Shown here one piece after another: positions 60,015 to 64,000 of a stretch of 64,000 bases of DNA. The notes below the pieces were generated by a model. The model was not told the DNA's origin. It ran no database searches and saw nothing but the letters and a program-made list of their open reading frames with translations. The position numbers and the translations under genes were made by a program. Source of the stretch: Nitrospira japonica (GTDB taxonomy: Bacteria; Nitrospirota; Thermodesulfovibrionia; Thermodesulfovibrionales; SM23-35); NCBI GenBank assembly GCA_020725385.1, contig DYFC01000006.1:1-64000 (forward strand), in the 5' to 3' direction. Positions within the stretch are counted from its first letter, which is position 1, and the number at the start of each line of letters is the position of its first letter.

Positions 60015-60997
60015 TAAATTCCTTTATTAGTATTTTCTTGTGAACTTTCTATTTGTCCATAGGCTAAAAATGCTTTTATAATCGCATTAACAATTTTCGT
60101 TTTTCTCTGCTGGTCATATATTGTAACCTGTGCAGAAGGAAACTCAATCAGAACAGCAGGGGCTCCTATTGAATTAAGCAAAGGCAAAGGCATTTCTCTT
60201 AGAACAATTTGTTCCTTGAATTCTTCTTTAAATACTTTTATCAAGTTATCCGCCAACACTTTGCTTTTGTTTAAAAACTTTTTTTGTCTCATTTCAAGAC
60301 CATATTCACTTAGTGTTTCAGAACCGGATTTATCTTCAAAATAAGGTGTATAAACAGCAAATTTACCCGAATTAGATATATGCAGACTAATAAAAATATC
60401 GGGCTTCCTGAGATTTGTAAAACTTATTCTCTCGGATAACTGTAAGTATTGATCAACTTTTCTTGTAAGAAAAACCTTTTTGCCTTTCTTAATTAGATAA
60501 TTGCTTAATTCTTTTGCAATATCAAGACAGATGTCTTTCTCGTTCTTTTCCTTAAATATTATCCCGAAATCATATCCTCCATGTCCTGCATCAATGACAA
60601 AAGAGTTCAATAAAATACCGGATGGTTTCTCAGGGTGTATCTCGGTACTTTTTATATCGAAAACAATTCTTGCAGGTGACGAAAGTTTAAAAGTTTTTAT
60701 TTCCCCTTTTTCCTTAATATTAAGAGTCAAGGTTTTATTTGCTTGAGTAACTTCAAATGGAGGAGTTTTTAAGGGAGTTAAACTAAATGAATCAGGAAAA
60801 TCAATTTTTATCTGGCTCGAAACAATATTTGTCTGGGCTTTTGTAATAATAGGCTCTTCGGATTCAATAACAATGCGCATAAAGCCTTCCTGTTTGCTAT
60901 ATTTCAGAAAGACTTGGGGTTTTTTCTGGGCATGCACATTAAATCCAGCAATTACAATGATTATTGCAAAAAAAAATAAAATAAAATTTTTCTTCAT
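60014..60997 (-). CDS. N-acetylmuramoyl-L-alanine amidase (Amidase_3)
   Basis: Signal peptide; IDAGHGG, EKD, LTR, ISLH, PAVLIE. Confidence 0.9.
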   Translation of the reverse strand: MKKNFILFFFAIIIVIAGFNVHAQKKPQVFLKYSKQEGFMRIVIESEEPIITKAQTNIVSSQIKIDFPDSFSLTPLKTPPFEVTQANKTLTLNIKEKGEIKTFKLSSPARIVFDIKSTEIHPEKPSGILLNSFVIDAGHGGYDFGIIFKEKNEKDICLDIAKELSNYLIKKGKKVFLTRKVDQYLQLSERISFTNLRKPDIFISLHISNSGKFAVYTPYFEDKSGSETLSEYGLEMRQKKFLNKSKVLADNLIKVFKEEFKEQIVLREMPLPLLNSIGAPAVLIEFPSAQVTIYDQQRKTKIVNAIIKAFLAYGQIESSQENTNKGI

Positions 60998-61398
60998 TGT
61001 ACTAAAGTTTTTATATCAAAAATCGGAGGGTTCATTATGGTCTTTTTCACAGCGCATTGATCTGCTACTTTAATTATTGCATCATGGTATTTTACCGGAA
61101 AATCTGGTGGTAAGATTATTTCAATAATAATTTTTTCAAGGAATTCTTTCCCATCAGGTTTTTTAGCGTATTGAAGTCTTTGAAACAAGGTTATGTTTTC
61201 AGTTGGGATACCTCTTTTCTGACAGAAACTTAGAACATAAAATCCAGCGCAGGTGCCAATTGACGCCATAAAATAATCATAAGGTGATGGAGATGTTCCT
61301 TCCCCGCCGTCTTTTACAGGCTGATCAGTCTCAACAGAAAATCCATTCCATTCTGCTTTAACTCTTTTTCCGCCAGGCAAAGTAATTTTTAGTTCCAT
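60994..61398 (-). CDS. OsmC family protein
   Basis: TDQP...GGEG...P, ASIGTC, QCAVKK; start reassigned to the ATG at 61398 after AAGGAG. Confidence 0.88.
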   Translation of the reverse strand: MELKITLPGGKRVKAEWNGFSVETDQPVKDGGEGTSPSPYDYFMASIGTCAGFYVLSFCQKRGIPTENITLFQRLQYAKKPDGKEFLEKIIIEIILPPDFPVKYHDAIIKVADQCAVKKTIMNPPIFDIKTLVQ

Positions 61399-61411
61399 AT
61401 TATGCTCCTTC

Positions 61412-62086
61412 TTATCTATTATCGCAATATTCATTAAATTTATTTTTCAGAACATTAATAGTTGTTTTACATCCTTTGTCTCTTAATAGGCTCAAAATAG
61501 TCTTAGAACCAGCATATTTCAGGAATTCAGTTCTCTTTTTATTGTCATGAATATGTCTAATTGCTTTTCCTCTTATGAATTGGAGCGATTTTAAAAATTG
61601 TTCAAATTCTTTTTTATAATGCCCTTCTATTTCCTTCCTGATTGTTCGTGACATCGCAGGGCTAATGCCACTTGTGGAAATAGCTATAGTAAGATGTCCC
61701 CTTTTAACAACAGATGGTACTATGAAATTACATAGTTCAGGAGTATCTACAACATTTACAAGACATTTTGCCTCTCTTGCAATCTGTTCATTAACTTCTC
61801 TTTCATTAGTAGCAGCTATGACAAGAAAATAATTTTTCAAATCACCTTTTTTATATTCCCGGTTAATATGCATTATTTTCCCTTCAGATGCTTTTTTCTC
61901 AAGTCTTTTAGTAATTAGGGGACTGATAACTGTCACATCAGCTTCTGCTTTGAGTAATGAAAGAACTTTTCTTTCAGCAATTTTTCCACCACCGATAACA
62001 ACTGTTTTCTTATTTCTCAGATTTATAAACGCAGGATAATAGACAGGGTATTTTTCAGTCTTCTGATATTTTTTTAAATAATTCAC
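61412..62086 (-). CDS. Precorrin-2 dehydrogenase / sirohydrochlorin ferrochelatase (SirC/Met8, CysG N-domain)
   Basis: GGGKIAERK, VIAAT, NVVD, AISTSG.SP. Confidence 0.92.
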   Translation of the reverse strand: MNYLKKYQKTEKYPVYYPAFINLRNKKTVVIGGGKIAERKVLSLLKAEADVTVISPLITKRLEKKASEGKIMHINREYKKGDLKNYFLVIAATNEREVNEQIAREAKCLVNVVDTPELCNFIVPSVVKRGHLTIAISTSGISPAMSRTIRKEIEGHYKKEFEQFLKSLQFIRGKAIRHIHDNKKRTEFLKYAGSKTILSLLRDKGCKTTINVLKNKFNEYCDNR

Positions 62087-62865
62087 TTCTTAAGTTTTGA
62101 GATTTCTTTCTGGGCATCCTTTGCCAGTTTATTATTTGGATATTTCTCGGTAAGAAGAGAGAAAATTGTTTGCGCCTTTTCATTTTGCTTTAGTTCTTTA
62201 TATGATAAGCCGGTGAGAAAAAGCACCTTTGCTTCATCTTTATAATCAGGAAAATTTTTAAGCAAACCTTCAAATCTTCTAATCGCTGCATTGTACGATC
62301 CCTTCTTAAAATAGAATTCTCCGACAAGGAATTCATAATCAGCAATAATATTACGGCACTTTTGTATTTTCAATTCAACTTCTTCTTTATAAGGGTTGCG
62401 CGGATATGTCTTCTTGAGTTTTTCAAATTCTTCAAGAGCCTTTGCTGCTCCACTATAACCTCTTTCCGGTCCTTCAATCTGGTTAAAATATATCATTCCT
62501 ATCTGGTATTGAGCATATGACGCATACTGATGATCAGGATAGTTCTCAATAAATTTCTGGTATTCTGATATTGCCATTTCAGGAGAGTCTTCTTTAACAT
62601 AAGAATCTGCTATTTTAAGTTGCGCAAGTGGAGCATACTTTCTTGAAAAATCCCTGTTTTTTACTTCAAGAAAAGCAGCACGAGCTTCGTCATAATTCTT
62701 TTTCTCGAGTTGCTCGTTTGCTGAAGCAAAAACCTTTTCAGCATCAAAACTCTCTGTTGGCTTTAATTTGGATTTGCCCGAACATGAAAACAGAATTATA
62801 CAAAAGCTCAATATTAAGAGTATCTTTACTTTTGAAGCAAAAGAATTTATAAGTACTTTTCTCAT
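62083..62865 (-). CDS. bamD: Outer membrane protein assembly lipoprotein BamD
   Basis: Lipobox LFSC, TPR helices, FYFKKGSYNAAIRRF. Confidence 0.9.
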   Translation of the reverse strand: MRKVLINSFASKVKILLILSFCIILFSCSGKSKLKPTESFDAEKVFASANEQLEKKNYDEARAAFLEVKNRDFSRKYAPLAQLKIADSYVKEDSPEMAISEYQKFIENYPDHQYASYAQYQIGMIYFNQIEGPERGYSGAAKALEEFEKLKKTYPRNPYKEEVELKIQKCRNIIADYEFLVGEFYFKKGSYNAAIRRFEGLLKNFPDYKDEAKVLFLTGLSYKELKQNEKAQTIFSLLTEKYPNNKLAKDAQKEISKLKK

Positions 62866-62981
62866 GTCAGATATTATAGCATAGTATATGACTAAAGTTA
62901 TAATAAGAAAACATGCAAAAAAGCAAAAGGGCAGAGAGCAAAAAACCTAATCGGGTTAACGATAATAGATAATAAAATAGG

Positions 62982-63434
62982 TCAACTTTTCAAATCAGAT
63001 GTACAGTTAGGGCATCTTACCGCTTTAATTGGAATTACAGAAAAGCAATAAGAGCATTCTTTTGTTGTTTGAACAGGTGGAGGAGCCTCCTGTTTTCTTC
63101 GCATTGCGTTTATATTTTTAATGATTAAAAAAACTGAAAAGGCAACGATTAAGAAACTTATTATAGAATTAATAAATTTGCCATAATTCAAAGTTACTGC
63201 ACCGGCAGCATTTGCAGAAGCCAAAGTCTCATAAGGGGCAGGCGTTTTACCTTCTTTCAAAATAATATACAGGTTTGAAAAATCCACATTCCCGAGCAAG
63301 ATTCCTATTGGAGGCATAATTATATCTGTTACAAACGAATTTACTATAGCGCCGAAAGAAGCTCCGATTATTATACCGACAGCCATATCCACCACATTCC
63401 CTTTCATTGCAAATTCTTTGAATTCTTTAAACAT
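62982..63434 (-). CDS. mscL: Large-conductance mechanosensitive channel with C-terminal zinc ribbon
   Basis: [24 protein letters not shown]; C-terminal CSYC...CPNC; true start is 63434, not 63737. Confidence 0.95.
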   Translation of the reverse strand: MFKEFKEFAMKGNVVDMAVGIIIGASFGAIVNSFVTDIIMPPIGILLGNVDFSNLYIILKEGKTPAPYETLASANAAGAVTLNYGKFINSIISFLIVAFSVFLIIKNINAMRRKQEAPPPVQTTKECSYCFSVIPIKAVRCPNCTSDLKS

Positions 63435-63679
63435 AATGCTTCCCCCTTTTGTTTTATTTTCAATACTTTTATCACACTTGTTTATTGATGTCAAATTCAT
63501 TTTATAATTTAAATCACATGTTTCTTTAAAATAAGCAAGGGTTCTGGTATTATTTTTAATTATAAGTTCGTATAAATGCTTTTTAATAATTCTAATCCTG
63601 AAACAGTGAGGACCATACATAATAGGAGACTTCTCATTTAGAATTCTAAAAATCTGAAGAAAGGAATCAATTGAAAGAT

Positions 63680-64000
63680 ATGTCTTTAGAAAAATTAAAA
63701 GCTGACCTCTTGAAAGTAGCAAATACTGAAAAAGCAAAAATACTTTCGAAATTCTTCAAAACAGGGAAAGGTGAATATGCTGATGGTGACAAATTTCTTG
63801 GAATTACGGTGCCAGTCCAAAGAAAAATTGCCAGGAAATATCTTAACCTATCCTTATCTGATATAAAAACCCTACTTTCTTCAAAATACCATGAGCATAG
63901 ATTTACGGGTTTGATAATACTTTGTTCACAGTATAAAAAATCAGCGCAAAATGAAAAAGAAAAGATTTTTCATTTCTATCTTGAAAACTTAACGTATGTT
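63680..64000 (+). CDS. DNA alkylation repair protein (AlkD-like), runs off the right edge
   Basis: MSLEKLK...[21 protein letters not shown]...[10 protein letters not shown]; open to the end of the window. Confidence 0.85.
   Translation, partial: MSLEKLKADLLKVANTEKAKILSKFFKTGKGEYADGDKFLGITVPVQRKIARKYLNLSLSDIKTLLSSKYHEHRFTGLIILCSQYKKSAQNEKEKIFHFYLENLTYV

Noticed and set aside
63435-63737. N-terminal extension of the mscL ORF
   Set aside because: MscL homology and the RBS begin at 63434; the extension overlaps the divergent alkylation-repair gene

Overview
AT-rich bacterial chromosomal window from an anaerobe. The gene set (TIGR04442-like gene, DUF4390-ntrY-ntrX, GerMN-murI-rph, W/Mo aldehyde oxidoreductase, multiheme cytochrome, several sigma54 regulators) suggests Nitrospirota/Thermodesulfovibrionia or a deltaproteobacterium-like lineage; this taxonomic call is inference. 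Housekeeping content: trpEGD, hisI, ftsH, rph, murI, lpxK, bamD, mscL, mlaEFD, tRNA-Gly and tRNA-Cys. Most notable accessory content: (1) a secreted 7-heme cytochrome that follows the motif order of the Geobacter nanowire cytochrome OmcS; (2) a kaiA-less kaiC-kaiB operon coupled to a PAS-GGDEF(degenerate)-EAL c-di-GMP phosphodiesterase; (3) a self-contained sigma54 circuit (GAF-GAF kinase, enhancer-binding protein, two palindromic enhancer sites, a -24/-12 promoter, two receivers, a HEAT protein and a four-helix-bundle protein); (4) MlaF fused to a degenerate GGDEF domain; (5) four Cys-rich microproteins missed by the ORF track, one of them a rubredoxin; (6) an IS21-like terminus at the left edge; (7) a GC-richer P3A H+-ATPase insert preceded by two gene remnants. 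All family calls come from motif recognition by eye, with no database searches.
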